Shown here in pieces: positions 13,882 through 26,523 of a stretch of 64,000 bases of DNA (positions are counted from its first letter, which is position 1; each line of letters opens with the position of its first letter). The stretch spans positions 2,666,001-2,730,000 of the forward strand of contig JBLDXI010000042.1 in assembly GCA_047495785.1 (NCBI GenBank), written 5' to 3'. Origin of the DNA: Lepidodermella squamata (Eukaryota; Animalia; Gastrotricha). Both the position numbers and the translations under genes were made by a program. The notes beneath the pieces are model-generated. The model was not told where the DNA came from and did no database searches. It saw only the letters and a program-made list of their open reading frames with translations.

Positions 13882-15793
13882 CTAAGAAATAACTCCTAGA
13901 TTTCTGTTGATTTCCTCCCAATACTGGTTACACTGGACTGAATTCGGAAAGAAATCGGCCAACCAACGCATTTCGCGCTTCAAGGCTTGTAGCACAGAAA
14001 CATTGAAGAATGTAATGCCTTTTTCCAATTTTAAATCCGCGAGGGCATGGTCTGCTGCAGGGTATCGTTTTTGGAAAGCCATCGATAGGGCGCTCTTAAA
14101 AGCACAAAAATATTCCATCGCAGTGGTATCGTGCCAGCCTTGAAGGAAAAATATAGCGCCGCAAAGTAAGGACAATTCTGATTGAGTCGAGATTAATCCA
14201 TCCAAGTGATATCTTCCTTTCAGAATCATCTCACTCGCTGTATTATCGAAATAGTTGAAATGTAGCCGAAAGTTTTGCAAAGAATCCGCGTCTTTCAAGA
14301 AGAAGAAGTTGCATTGAAGTGCCCCTGTGTTAGGTTGAAAGCTACAGTATGCCGAAGTAGCCGCCATTATTGGAATAACAGACTTGGCGAACATGTTACT
14401 CCTTTTCTCTTTATCCAACTGCTTGAATCCCGGTAAGTTACGTATAAAAGCTGCAATACATGAAACGCGCTTTTCGAAGCTTTGATTTATGACGGTGCTC
14501 CATATTTCCAGAGCAGTCATAGCGCTCGTCAAAGTCACCGACTGGCAGTTAGGTGTAATCTGGAGCAAGTATCTTCCAACTTTTGAGACGGAATTGCAGA
14601 AATTGTCCAGCGGGGCCAAAGGTTCGGTCTTGATAAAGCATGCGGGGCTTGAATCGGCAGAATACTCGATGAGTGGGATGACCTTAGACTCTTGCAAAGC
14701 ATAATTTTCTCCGCCACAGCTCATTAGAGAATAATTTTGCGCTGAATTCAGTGCTATTGAGCTGCCATGAGAGAATTCGTCCGTCTGAGTGACAGTATCT
14801 CTTGAAGATATGGCAAACTGCTTCCTTCTCAAGACAGGACTTGCCAATAACTGGTCGTAATTATGTAGATGCTTCACGTAATTTGCCGTGTAACGTCGCA
14901 GGCTTAAAGACCGAGGGCCTCGTTTGGACCCAGTTAAACTCATGCCAGCGGCGACGCACGCTTCCAGTCGGCAATGTTTACATCGTTCTATTCGCTCTTT
15001 CTTAGCAAGCGACCCACCACGTTCGTCGTGAGCTAAGCCGCAAGGAAGAAGCCGGCCAATATTTCTCCGATAAAATCCCTTACAACCTTCGCAGGTCATC
15101 GCACCAAAATGATAACTATGCCATTGTAAACTTTTGTAAGTTATGAATGAGAAATGCTTAGAATCGTACCCGCTGCTCGATGTTCCGCAAATTATGCAAG
15201 GGATCAGTCGAATACTGACACGGGGACCTGGTTTCTGGTCTGATGAACCATATGTAACATCACTAGAGGATGCCGTATTCGGAAGTTGTACAACCGAGAT
15301 TTCGCTTGAAAGCAGTTTTCGGTATCTTCTTGCCCGGCATGGCCTGCATAAATCAGTTTTCGGAGAATTATTCGGACAGGTGCAGGGCTTGTTGAATAAT
15401 TTTCCACCGTTTAGCACAGCCCGACGGTAGAATTTCTGCGGAAGGTGACATATTTTAAGTGCCACAACTTCGGCTTGTACTCACCTTGCAAGCTGTGCAA
15501 ATCGATTCGCTGATCTTCGCCTGGTTTGTTCTTATTTTGTGGCTCTTTGCGCCAATTTCATGCATTCCACTGCTTGAATGCCTTCCCCGCACGCCCTCGA
15601 TTTTGATCCATGCATCCTGTTGTTTCATGGACGAGGCAGGTAACAGTCGAGAGCAAACAGTACAGGTTCGTGTTGCGGGACACATTTTTCTGAAGCATTG
15701 AAAATTTAATCAGAGTGATCCGAAATTCCAAATAAAGTAAACTGACTTCAAGTTACTGAATTTTGCTGTATCTTGGAAAGACGACCCGGCCAT
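13882..15793 (-). CDS. Nuclear receptor with two tandem DNA-binding domains (2DBD-NR type) plus ligand-binding domain
   Basis: DBD1: CTVC...ICTACK|KFYRR...CTC...CRPCR, joined across the GT-AG intron 15484-15436. DBD2: CIICGTSSSG|YHFGAMTCEGCKGFYRR...CKHCRLEACVAAGM after removing a 54-nt in-frame intron. LBD signature FIRNLPGFKQLDKEKR. Putative first exon starts at ATG 15793. Confidence 0.85.
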
Positions 15794-15907
15794 GCAACCT
15801 TTCGGCTCTGCTAGTCTGAAACTGCTCAACGTAATTCTTTTGAACACTTCGCGCAACTATTTCACTTCGAGGCCAGCCATGCCGTTAACATTTTTGGTAG
15901 CAATCTA

Positions 15908-17765
15908 GGTTTACAGGCTAAATTTCAACAATAGAGTGCGCAACAGTCATGCAGCACTCATGACTTTTTTTGCTCGTGACTCTAAACCTGTCTGTAACAA
16001 TGCCGTGCTAAACGTGCTGAGGCTATAATTAAGCGTGGGCACTCTGAACACCTCGTAGCCTTTCGCCTAATTTCCTCGAGTTGGTTTGGCTGAAACCACG
16101 TGATGTCTGAATTGCCGTTAACTATGAAACATCTTTGGTGACCAATTTTCTGGGGATTTTTTTCATTATACACGCCCACGCATTTAACTTCTAATGCATG
16201 GCAGAGGCTCAGTACGCAGAAATACTCAATCCTCGGAAGAGTGTTTATACTGATTTGGTATTTGAAATGAATTTAATGGAAATTCCGGTTGGTTATTGAC
16301 ACAAGCTTGAGGTAAAAAATAAGGTGAATGATCAAATCCAGAATCTGTATATTAGACAAAAATGCAACCTTTGTTTATTCTGCTGGCTGCTATTGACGTC
16401 GTCGCCTGTTGTTCAACAAATCTTTCGACAAGCGTTGTTTACAAGCCGTTGGAATCGCAGCTGTTCGAAATCCTCTCAAACCGCTGCTCACTGAAAGACG
16501 GCTTCGCACCTAGACAAGGAAATGGCACGGTCAAAGTCCAATTTTCCTTTAATCTATATCAAATTTTCGAGCTTTCCAGCGTCAAAGAAACGTTCGATTT
16601 TGAAAAATCTACAGTAATTTACATGACAAGGATAATTTTCAACTAGGTTTTCAACTTTAGCTGATTTGAGATTCACCTGGTCTCATCCATGCATATCATG
16701 GGATCTTCCTGAATTCGCAGAGTGGTCACATTTTAACGAAATTTATGTTGAGTCTGCAATGATATGGCGCCCGCATATACAGGTAAATTCGAAAAGCCCT
16801 CAAATTGCATTAAATTGCTTTTTTGCAGCTCATGAATGCAGTTCAAGACAGTTTTATAGTGGAGAAGTAATCGCAAGAATTTCGGGATTTCAAGTTTTTA
16901 TTTTTATTTCAAGGGTTGGGCTTCAGGCGACACTTTACATCTTGAAAGACGGCCGTGTGAGGTGGCAGCCGATGGGAAGGTTTGAGTCGATATGCTCTCA
17001 AGGCAAGCTCTAAATTATTCAACCTCCTTAAAATTCAAAAGCCTGATATATAGATTTATGGAATTTTCCGTTTGACTTGCAACATTGTTCCCTGCGATTT
17101 GAATCCTGGGAAAGCGCAGAGTCTGTCTCTATAGTATCGACTGCGCTTACTATCTATGAGAAAGATAGCTTCATTGATGAAAATCACGTCTGGAAACTAA
17201 TAGCATGCGAACATCAGCTAAAAATTCGAACTTATAACGATGATAATTCGACGTTTTTCTGATTCTGATTCTGATTTTATTATGCATTTTGTTTCACAAC
17301 AGTTAGCAATAGGTTAGTTCTCGGCGCCTCACCTCAGAGGTCGTAAAATCCACTAGTTCATCTGACTTAGATTTAAGATATCGCAGAAACACAGTATGAG
17401 AATTATAGCGCTGCAATTGTTACCTTCCATCTTCAGCGGAGTTACTTCTACTTCCTAGGATCTATTCTTGTCCCGAACGGAGCCTTGATGGTTCTTCAAC
17501 TTGGCACATTCATCATGCCACCTGAGAACACAAATCGGCCATATTTTGGCGTTAGTGTTGTACTGGCGCTGGCAGTTTTTATGACTTCCGTCGCTAATGC
17601 CACGCCTCAAACATCCCAGGTCGTGCTGACTGCAGTTTGCCTGACGGCTCATTTTACTTTAGGAGTCATCATCACATTGTACGCAATCATCACCTGCCCG
17701 CTGGCGAAGTTACAGCGTCACGTAACCAAACGGCGTCAAAGCTTGAGCCACACAGCTAGCGCCCA
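15908..17765 (+). repeat. Segmental duplication copy A (upstream region plus L8); direct repeat of 32726-35538
   Basis: Alignable by eye from GGTTTACAGGCTAAATT through ...CACACAGC(T/G)AGCGCCCA in both copies. Confidence 0.92.
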
Positions 17766-17799
17766 GCTTTTACACTACTACTATGCGAATGGTAAATGA
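16362..17799 (+). pseudogene. L8: disrupted copy of L9 (150-bp retroelement tail in loop-C exon; M4 lost)
   Basis: Near-identical to L9 protein, but an insertion at ~17254-17403 introduces TGA stops. Homology to L9 ends at 17765 (HTASAQ) and the ORF stops at 17799 without M4. Confidence 0.85.
17254..17403 (-). mobile_element. 5'-truncated LINE/SINE 3' tail ending AATAAA-(ATCAGA)n
   Basis: Identical to 20790-20946 apart from the microsatellite unit number. The empty site is visible in L9 (TCAACGTATAGC at ~35171). Confidence 0.8.
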
Positions 17800-18943
17800 T
17801 GGTAATTACTTTATTGTTGAATAACAAGGATTAGCTTGTTTTTGCTCATTTTCACGCTTTTATCGTGATTTTTAGAGAACTAAAATGAATGAAAACCAGC
17901 TGATGTAGGTATTTTTGCGAGTCATTTACAACCTGATCAATTTTCCGTCAACCGGATAGGATGCCTGAACTTTATTCAGTGCCTGGCCAATTTAATCGCC
18001 ATTAAAAAAATTATCGTCAAAATTCCGCAAATTTTTCGTGATTCCGCAAAGCGTGTATCTGAATTTTTTCTATCAAATTGCATCACCTTGAACTTGGCTT
18101 CTCGCGTTGGGAATATGTCGAGATGCCAATTTTGGGGTATTTTTTTTAGTTATTTTTCATGGTATTTCTGGACTTCTACACAAAATTGCTGCAAAATGAT
18201 TTATTGACCGATTAAAAATCGCCGGGGTTCACCAATTCGTTTTAAGAAGTTCTTTTTCAAGAAATAATTCCTAACTTCGAATTATCGAAGGCGAAAGCAC
18301 GCCTTAAAACAACACCGACGCCTAGTTCTAGAATAAAATTGTTTTTAATTATTGTTATCGATAATTATTATCTCGTCACTTGTTAAAGCGATGGCAATGT
18401 CTTTTACTGAAAACCACTTTCGCGACCAATTTTTATTGGAATTTATTGGAATTTTATTGGAATTTATATTTTATTGGAAATTAATCGTGAATTTTTTAAA
18501 AAGTAATTTTTATGAATACGTTTACCAGAAATTTGGCTCCGCAACAGGCGACTAAACGTATTACTCTCTTGAGAATTTTAAGGCAAATTTTACTGCAATA
18601 AACACCTTGAAAAATATTCAAAAGTGACAATTTTCCGACGCGAAATTCCTCGAGATCACGGCCAATGAAGCTGGGCCAACGAAGCAAGGGTTATACAAAT
18701 AATTTTACCAAAATAATTTCGCAAAAACAATTTAAAAACAAAACTTAGCGGCTTTTGTTCGATGTGTTTAATTATGCAAAGGCGAGAAATTGTTGTTTGG
18801 GTGCTGAATATTAAGCCCAGGAATCATATACAGTTTCACGGGAAAATGGGCATGCTGTAATACCTTTTGAAATTAGTCACAAAAAAATCAAAATGTTTTT
18901 ATTCCTATTTAGTTCTCTCATAGCAGCGATAAAAAAACGTTAA

Positions 18944-19954
18944 CCCTCTAAGGCCGGGAGCGTGTATACTCAAACTACGACTTCTCACCTTGAATTCTCA
19001 TACTTCCGGATTTTTGCCGGCCAAATGGTTTGGCATACGTTTAGGTGACCATCTAAATACCCCGATTCCGAAAACCGCAGACTCGCCGCGTTGATTACGT
19101 AACACAGGTGAGCGCGCAAATCACGGGCACTCATGCCTATTGTGTAAACTCAGGCAAATTTCGACCAAATGACACGGGGGTCGCGCGGGCGGCCTGTTTT
19201 GTGTGCATCGATTTACTAACTGCGTGTTAGCTCAACTGGCCACTTGAGTTTACTCATGCACCTATGGTTATTTCGATATCTTTTTCTTCATTTATGGTCG
19301 ATAAAATAATAATCAAAGACATGGTGCGCACCCAGGGTGTGGCAGATGTTGTGCAACACAACATTGCGTAACAGTGATGAGTATTGTATTGTTACTCAAT
19401 AATAAATGCTCATTCACAATGCATACATTCGGACATATAAACCACGCAGGGAGAGCGTATAGAATCACACATCTTTAGCTTATAGTTTAAGTTTTATTTC
19501 GAATTTTGCAAGTCAACTAATTTTTGATCCCGTGGTTAGCGGTAGTTGGCCTACAGCGATCCGAAGCGCGCTCGCGAACAACTAGCTGCGATATCTACCT
19601 GTGCTGCTGTTTTGCCGCCGTACGCCGACATTCCAGATGCCGCTGAATGCTGTTTAATCGCGATTTTTTCATCAAATTTATCAATTTTTTAAATTTTTGA
19701 ATAAAATACATGTGATTTTTGCGCTCTTCCTGTGTTAACTCAAGTGCGAGTTTTTACAAATAATAAGTGTGAGTAAAGTCAAGTGGGTACTTGTGTATAA
19801 TCGGTATTGAGTGTCGTAAAAATCGCCAATCCAAAATATAACCCCCAAAACTGAGTTCACACAAGTTGCAGCTTAGTTAACTCAAAATGAGTGGTTTTTC
19901 CCCAATGAGTATACTCAAATTGTCAAAACTCAAGACGCTGCCGGCCTTAGAGGG
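18944..19954. mobile_element. piggyBac-like MITE
   Basis: TTAA|CCCTCTAAGGCCGG ... CCGGCCTTAGAGGG|TTAA: 14-bp TIR, TTAA target duplication, no transposase ORF. Confidence 0.85.
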
Positions 19955-20052
19955 TTAAAATAAAATGAAATCAAGCTGATCACTGTTATTTAACAATGGA
20001 GTAATTACCATCATTTATTAACAAGTTTAGATTATACAAGTTGCGGATCAAA

Positions 20053-21440
20053 TCAACGTTTCGCTCCGCCCTGAGCTTCTCGACCTCCGGTTCCGGATGG
20101 ACCGGCGCCGTCGCGTCTTGCCGCCGGTTGGCCGGGTGTCGCCGGAGTGCGAGGGGTGTAGGCTGGCGATGTTATATTAGATGGGCTGTATTCAGGCGAG
20201 CCAGGTGTGTAGCGTGGCGAAGTTGGCGAGTACGTCGGTGAATACGCTGCAGGTGAAGATGGAGAATAGACCGCGGGAGATGTTGGCGAATAAACCGGAC
20301 TGGAAAATCAGAAGAAAACAATGAAAAAACCTATATTTCTATTATAAGGCGAATTTTATCAGTTATATGAGGACTAATAATCAAATGATTCATATAGGGC
20401 AAGTCTTGAAAAATCATCATAAAAGAGGATTAATCTGTTACAGAAAAGTAATCAAATACAAACCTGGTTGGGCTGTAAGTCGGAGAAGTAGGGCTGCAAT
20501 TCGGGCTCGACGGTGAATAAGACGGCGATGTTGGGCTGTACGTCGGGCTAAAATCGGAAAATAAGTTCTGAATATGAACATAAAAATCGTTGAAATACTC
20601 ACCTTGTTGGACTGTAGGTCGGACTGGTCGGGCTGAATTTCGGACTCGATGGCGAGTAAGAAGGCGAAGTCGGACTGTACGACGGGCTGAAATTTTCAAA
20701 ACATCGCATTAAACCATGTAAAATTACACGCATAAACAATTTAGTATAAAGCTTGAATCAGTAAGGACTTAATAATCATCGGTAAACTAATTTCTGATTC
20801 TGATTCTGATTCTGATTTTATTATGCATTTTGTTTCACAACAGTTAGCAATAGGTTAGTTCTCGGCGCCTCACCTCAGAGGTCGTAAAATCCACTAGTTC
20901 ATCTGACTTAGATTTAAGATATCGCAGAAACACAGTATGAGAATTATTGACAATACTTGAGGGCAGCCGGTTCCACGCCGCGCGCACACGCCTTGTAGAG
21001 GGCAAGTCGAAAATCTCATCACGAAAAAGTTACTCGGGGAACTCGGGGAGAATAATGAACTCAAATTACCTGGTCGGGCTGTAGGTAGGAATAGTCGGAC
21101 TGAACTTCGGACTAGAAGGCGAGTAGGACGGCGAAGTTGGGCTGTAGCTCGGACTAGTTGGACTGTAGGTCGGACTGGTCGGGCTGAATTTAGGACTCGA
21201 TGGCGAGTAGGAAGGCGACGTCGGTCTGTATGATGGTGAAGTTGGGCTGTAACTCGGGCTGGTCGGGCTGTAGTGAGGGCTAGCCGGTGGGTAGGCCGGC
21301 GTAGATGGCGAGTAGCTCGGGCTGTAAGTCGGCGAAGCGAGCCCACCCGGTAGACCAGGGCTAGCCGGTGATTGCGGCATGTATAGAGGCGAAGTCGGCG
21401 AAGAAGATGGCGAATGTTGCCCCGGGCTGGGTACATAGGG
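20053..21440 (-). repeat. RPB1 CTD heptad repeats (YSPTSPS-like), split over four exons
   Basis: Translations [35 protein letters not shown] etc.; last exon ends ...GGAKR-stop at 20053. Confidence 0.9.
20790..20946 (-). mobile_element. Second copy of the LINE/SINE 3' tail, inside an RPB1 CTD intron (may extend to ~21040)
   Basis: (TCTGAT)n TTTATT ... CACAGTATGAGAATTAT, identical to 17254-17406. Confidence 0.8.
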
Positions 21441-24400
21441 GCTCATCGGGCTCGCAGAGGGTGACATGCCACCGGATGGTGACCAACCAGGGCTGTAGCC
21501 GGGCGAGAGACCGACTTCAGACGGAGCGCTGGGCGAGAAGGCGCCCACTCCAAAACCACCTTGGGTAGCACCACCGGGGAACATATCGCCGACGTAGGCA
21601 GGGGTTTGAGCGGACAAATCGTGCCAGGGGGTGATTTGGCTCGGACCTGCCTCCAACATGCCAGTCATGCCCATTGTTCCCAAACCAAATCCCATCGGAA
21701 TTTCCATGGCTTGCCTACACTTCTCAGCGTCGTCGGGTTTCTCAGTCGTCGAGTAACTCGAACGACCCGGTGCCTAACCGACCAAGTTGGCCCATCATAA
21801 TGTTTTCAGAGACACCACGCAACGGGTCACTTTCACCATGACTCGCCGCGTCCAACAAAATGTCGACAGTTTCTTCGAACGAGCACCTCGCCAGCGCGCC
21901 AGTGTCTTGCCGGTTGATACCGTGACGGGTAATAGCCATCAAATGGCCCTTAGCAGTCATAACCTCGCAAAGCAGGGCTAAATGACGGTAGTTGACGTAG
22001 GAGCCGTCGAAAGAAATGACGTTATTCACCTCGTTTTCGATGGATTTACGCACAGCTTCGATACCGAGTACCGAAAAAATTTCAACAACGTCGTTGGTGA
22101 ATGTTCTCGAGCTGTTCACGTCACCGTCACTCAAGACCTGCAGCAACGCAGTACCGTCAGTTTCAAGAATCCACTCGGCAATGCCCTTGAATTCACCAGT
22201 GTCAGTAATAACGATGCGCTTCTTGTCTTCAGTTTTCGGAAGATGCATGTAGACCTTCGAAATAGCTTCGATGCCTTGGACGGTGAAATCACTGAGCAGA
22301 TTAGCCTCGATGCACCGCAAGAACATGTAGTCGTCCATGCGATTCGCAGATTCGACCACGACCTGCCCGCCGTCGTTATCCATTTGCTCGGCGACCTTCT
22401 CTTCAGGGTTCGAGGTGATGCGAATACGCAAGATGAGCTTCTCAGCGTTATCGTCGTTGAACATGCAGTTAAGATCTTCGCCGAAAGCGAGGGAAATTTT
22501 CTCCGAAATCTGTTCCATCGTCAGCTTTTTGTCGGTCATACGCTTGCGATCGAGCTCGATACGTAGCAACCATGGCGACAACCGAGACGGATCGACTTCA
22601 GACATCTCGTAGTAAATCGACACGAAGTCTTGATCCTCCGCAATCAGCTGAAATTAAAACGGAAAAACGGTTATTTTCGCAAAAAATATGAAAAAATTGG
22701 TTTAAAATTTCAATTTTAAATCAGGTTAATTAGACTTAATAATCAAGTTTGATCAGATAGAGGGCATTGTCACACATTTCATCACAGAAATGTCTAATGC
22801 GAAATTTCCACTTCAAGCTGAAAATTTCACGTTGCAACCCTGTTAAATTTTTTTTTTTAAATTCCTCCTTAAAAAATGTGAAGTTGCGTGGTGAAATGTT
22901 GAGCTTAAATACAGTGGAAATTACTACACATATAAGCTATATGCGCATACCGTGTTCTTAGGATCTGGATCGTAGTAAATCGCCGTATTTGCTGTGACTT
23001 GTCGAAGAGTTGTATGCTCAAGTCGACAGAGAACATCCTTGGCTCGTTCCGCCTCTTTCGCAGCCTGGCCAGTCAAGAAAACAGTGAGTGAGGGGGTCTT
23101 CGGTTTCTTCGACACGTTGATGATTTCCTTCAATCGCGGCACACCGAGTGTTACGTTCTCAGCCGACACCCCGGCGTAGTAGAAAGCGTTCAGTGTCATC
23201 TGTGTAGCCGGCTCACTGAAAGACTGGGCAGCGAGGGGACCAACCATTTCACCCGGGTGGGCCATGGCCTGGTTGAAGCGCGACTCGATTTCACCGACCA
23301 GCCATTCGAAGGCAGCAGTGCTCAACCGATAGTCGACACAGGCTCGTTTCGTGCACAGTGACGACCGAAGGTGAGTATCAATCAGCAACGTTGCGTTTCG
23401 GTTAGCTTCTTTACTCAAGCGGTCCTCGCCCTTCACGATGACTAATCGGGCGCAGAGGTCTCGGACGCTTTGCACGACTTGAAGTGGGTTGAGATCTGTG
23501 GGACGGCGTGTGTCGATTTTGAAAATTTTCTGCGCGTTCCAAACTAAACGTTCGATGTTACACGGCAGGACAACTCGAGCGTTTCCATTTTTGAACAACA
23601 TTCGCAGCTCGCGACGATCCTTTGACAACTGCTCGAATTCGAGGTCGATTTCAAGAGGGAGTTTTGTGTCACCTGAAATCTCTCGCACAAGATCGTCGTT
23701 GAACACGTCATTCAACTGCTTTTGATTATTCAGGTCGAGCCTGAACGATTTTTCGAACGCTTTGTCGCTAGGCTTGTACGATAGCAAGTTCTGGAACTCG
23801 ACTCGAGTCGCATCGAGACCATCTTCACCGTAACGGAATTGAACCATCTGCTCGAGCTGGTTACGAATAGTTCCATCGTATTTGACCATGACAGACTCCA
23901 TGGACTTGATGAGACGACGTTGGATGTAACCGGTTTCGGCAGTTTTGACGGCGGTATCGATAAGACTTTCACGACCTCCCATGGCGTGGAAGAAGAATTC
24001 AGGCGGGGTCAGACCGGCGAGGTAAGAGTTCTCGACGAAACCCTTCGACTCGGGACCGAAGTCGTCCTTGATGAAATGAGGCAGGGTACGCCGCGAGAAG
24101 CCGAACGGAATACGTTTACCTTCGACGTTTTGCTGACCGACACAGGCGATGACCTGAGAAATGTTAATTTTCGAACCTTTCGCACCGGAAACGACCATCG
24201 CCTTGAAGTTGTTGAACTCTGACAACGAACGCTGGGCAGAACCACCAGTTATGTGACGGGCGAAGTTCAAGATGTGATTCACAGTGCTCTCGAAAGTTTG
24301 ACGCAACGTTTTACCAGGGGTGGGCTCCAAGTCGTCGTGGTGCGCTTTTTCAATGACTTCATACACACGATTTTTGGCGGATTTAATCGTTTCCTGGATC

Positions 24401-26523
24401 TCCTCGTAGGTCTGAGGGTCGGCGATTGTGTCACCAATACCGATCGTGTGACCATCGATAAGCAGCCAGTTGTTGATGAGGGTCTGAATGTGGCCGTAAA
24501 ACTCGCCGGCTTCAACGTGGGTCAACTCCAAAGCGACAATGTGCATGAGAGAACCGCTTGACGGACCGAGTGTGCGTTTGTCCAACATTCCACAAATTAG
24601 CTCGCCGTTTTCGATTAGGACCTTCGTATCACCGGGGGATAGCCACTTGTAAGGACCTGCATCTTCATCGTTAGGGTGGGCGTTGTGGGTTCTGACGCAG
24701 TTAACCTTGCCAGGAATTGTCAGTGAGAACAGCTGTTTACCGGTCCACAGTGGTTTTGGCTTCAAAATAGCCGGCTGAGGGATAATTCCGTTCCAATGAG
24801 GGATTTGAAGTAGCAGGTTCATCACGTTTTCTTTTTCGATGAAGACGTCACGTTTTGTCATTTTGTTGGAAGCTGTCAGCGTATCTTGCACAATACCCAT
24901 GACAGGTCGATTGGCTTGGGGTGTGATGATGAGACGAGGTACCAAAGCCAACTCAAGAATTTCAGCTCTCGCCTCATATGATTGAGGCAAATGAAGATTC
25001 ATTTCGTCACCGTCGAAATCGGCGTTGTACGAGGTTGTTACTGAAAGATTGAGACGGAAGGTAGACCATGGGAGCACCTTGACTCTGTGACACATCATAG
25101 ACATCTTGTGAAGAGTGGGCTGTCGATTGAAAACGACAGCATCGCCATCTCGCATATGTCGTTCCACCTTGTAACCGGGTTGAAGGTCGAGATCAGCAGG
25201 GCGAGGATTTAATCGCAAATCGATTCGAGTACCATCATGTCGAATGATGTCTCGAGCACCAGGATATTGGTTCGGACCACGTTCCACGAGCTCTCGCAGG
25301 TAGTCCATGTTGAGCGATGACACAATCTCAGGAAAAGTCAAATTCTGAGCAATTGTTCGAGGAACGCCGACTTGATCAATCCGTAGATTCGGATCAGGCG
25401 TAATGACAGTACGACCGGAGAAATCGACACGTTTACCCATCAAATTGCCTCGAATACGACCTTCTTTCCCCTGTAATCTTTGTTTGATTGATTTGAGGGG
25501 ACGACCGGATTTTCGAGTAGCCTTAGGAAGACCGGGAATTTCATTGTCGAAAAGCGTGGCTACGTGATATTGAAGCATCTTTACATCCTCAGCAATGATA
25601 TGTGCAGCCGCACCATTTTGCTCATTCCTCTTCAACTGATTGTTCCACTTGACTATATCAGCCAATTTGTGAGTCAAATCGTCTTGATTTCGAGTCGTGC
25701 CGAACATGACAACTGAAGGTCGAACGCACAATGGAGCAACGGGAAGAACCGATATTATCATCCAATCGGGACGAGCCCAACGCGGGTCCATACCCAATGC
25801 AAAGCAGTCAATGTCAGACACACGCCGGAATACTTCGAGAACGCGCTCGGCAGTTAAAATTATTTTACGCTCTTGGGTGTCATCGTTTTGATGTTTCCAT
25901 TCTGCTGTCAACTCGAGGCCTTGACGGCGGTACTGAGGTTGATAGCGCCCGCAGCCACCTTTCACAAAGCCCTTCTTCTTTTTCTTTAGACCAAAATCGT
26001 CTTCCTCCTCCTTCACCGGCTGACCACCTGGTACGTCTTCTTCTGCGCCTTCGCAGATATTTCTGGATTTGCACAGCTCGTACACGAGGGCGAGTCGACG
26101 ACGCGGACTTAATCGGGTTTTGGCGATAGCTTCTTTAATGGCAGGGCCATCCTGACAACAAAAAACCCCGATATAATTGTTGGCAGGATACATGAAACGC
26201 TTACTGAATCGACGAGCATTTTTGCGCAGTAAAAGCATACGCAGCGAAGAATTTTTATGGTTTTTGTAAGCCAGCCAATGTGGTATACCGGTCGGGCAAG
26301 TTCAACGTGGCCAAAATGACCAGGACATGTGTTCATATCACACGAGCATGTCAAACACTTTCCGGTTCGCTCAATAACACCCTGCCGGGGATCCATCAAA
26401 CTGCAAAGCTTCGGCTTGCCAGCCTCCATGGTGCCAGGAAAGGTGATACCACCCTCTGTGACTGACATCCGCCGCTGGAAAAATGATCAATTAGTAATAA
26501 GTTTGCCATTTTAATTATGAGTA

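Noticed and set aside
15116-15169. Apparent 18-aa insertion in the nuclear receptor zinc finger
   Set aside because: It is a 54-nt GT-AG intron; removal restores C-x2-C-x13-C-x2-C.
18428-18482. (TTATTGGAAT)-like short tandem repeat
   Set aside because: Ordinary AT-rich minisatellite with no further structure.
20053-21440. 21-bp periodic repeats as a CRISPR-like or novel array
   Set aside because: They encode Pol II CTD heptads; there are no unique spacers and the context is eukaryotic.
21368-26514. Many plus-strand and alternate-frame ORFs over RPB1
   Set aside because: Antisense or shadow frames of a long, codon-biased coding sequence.
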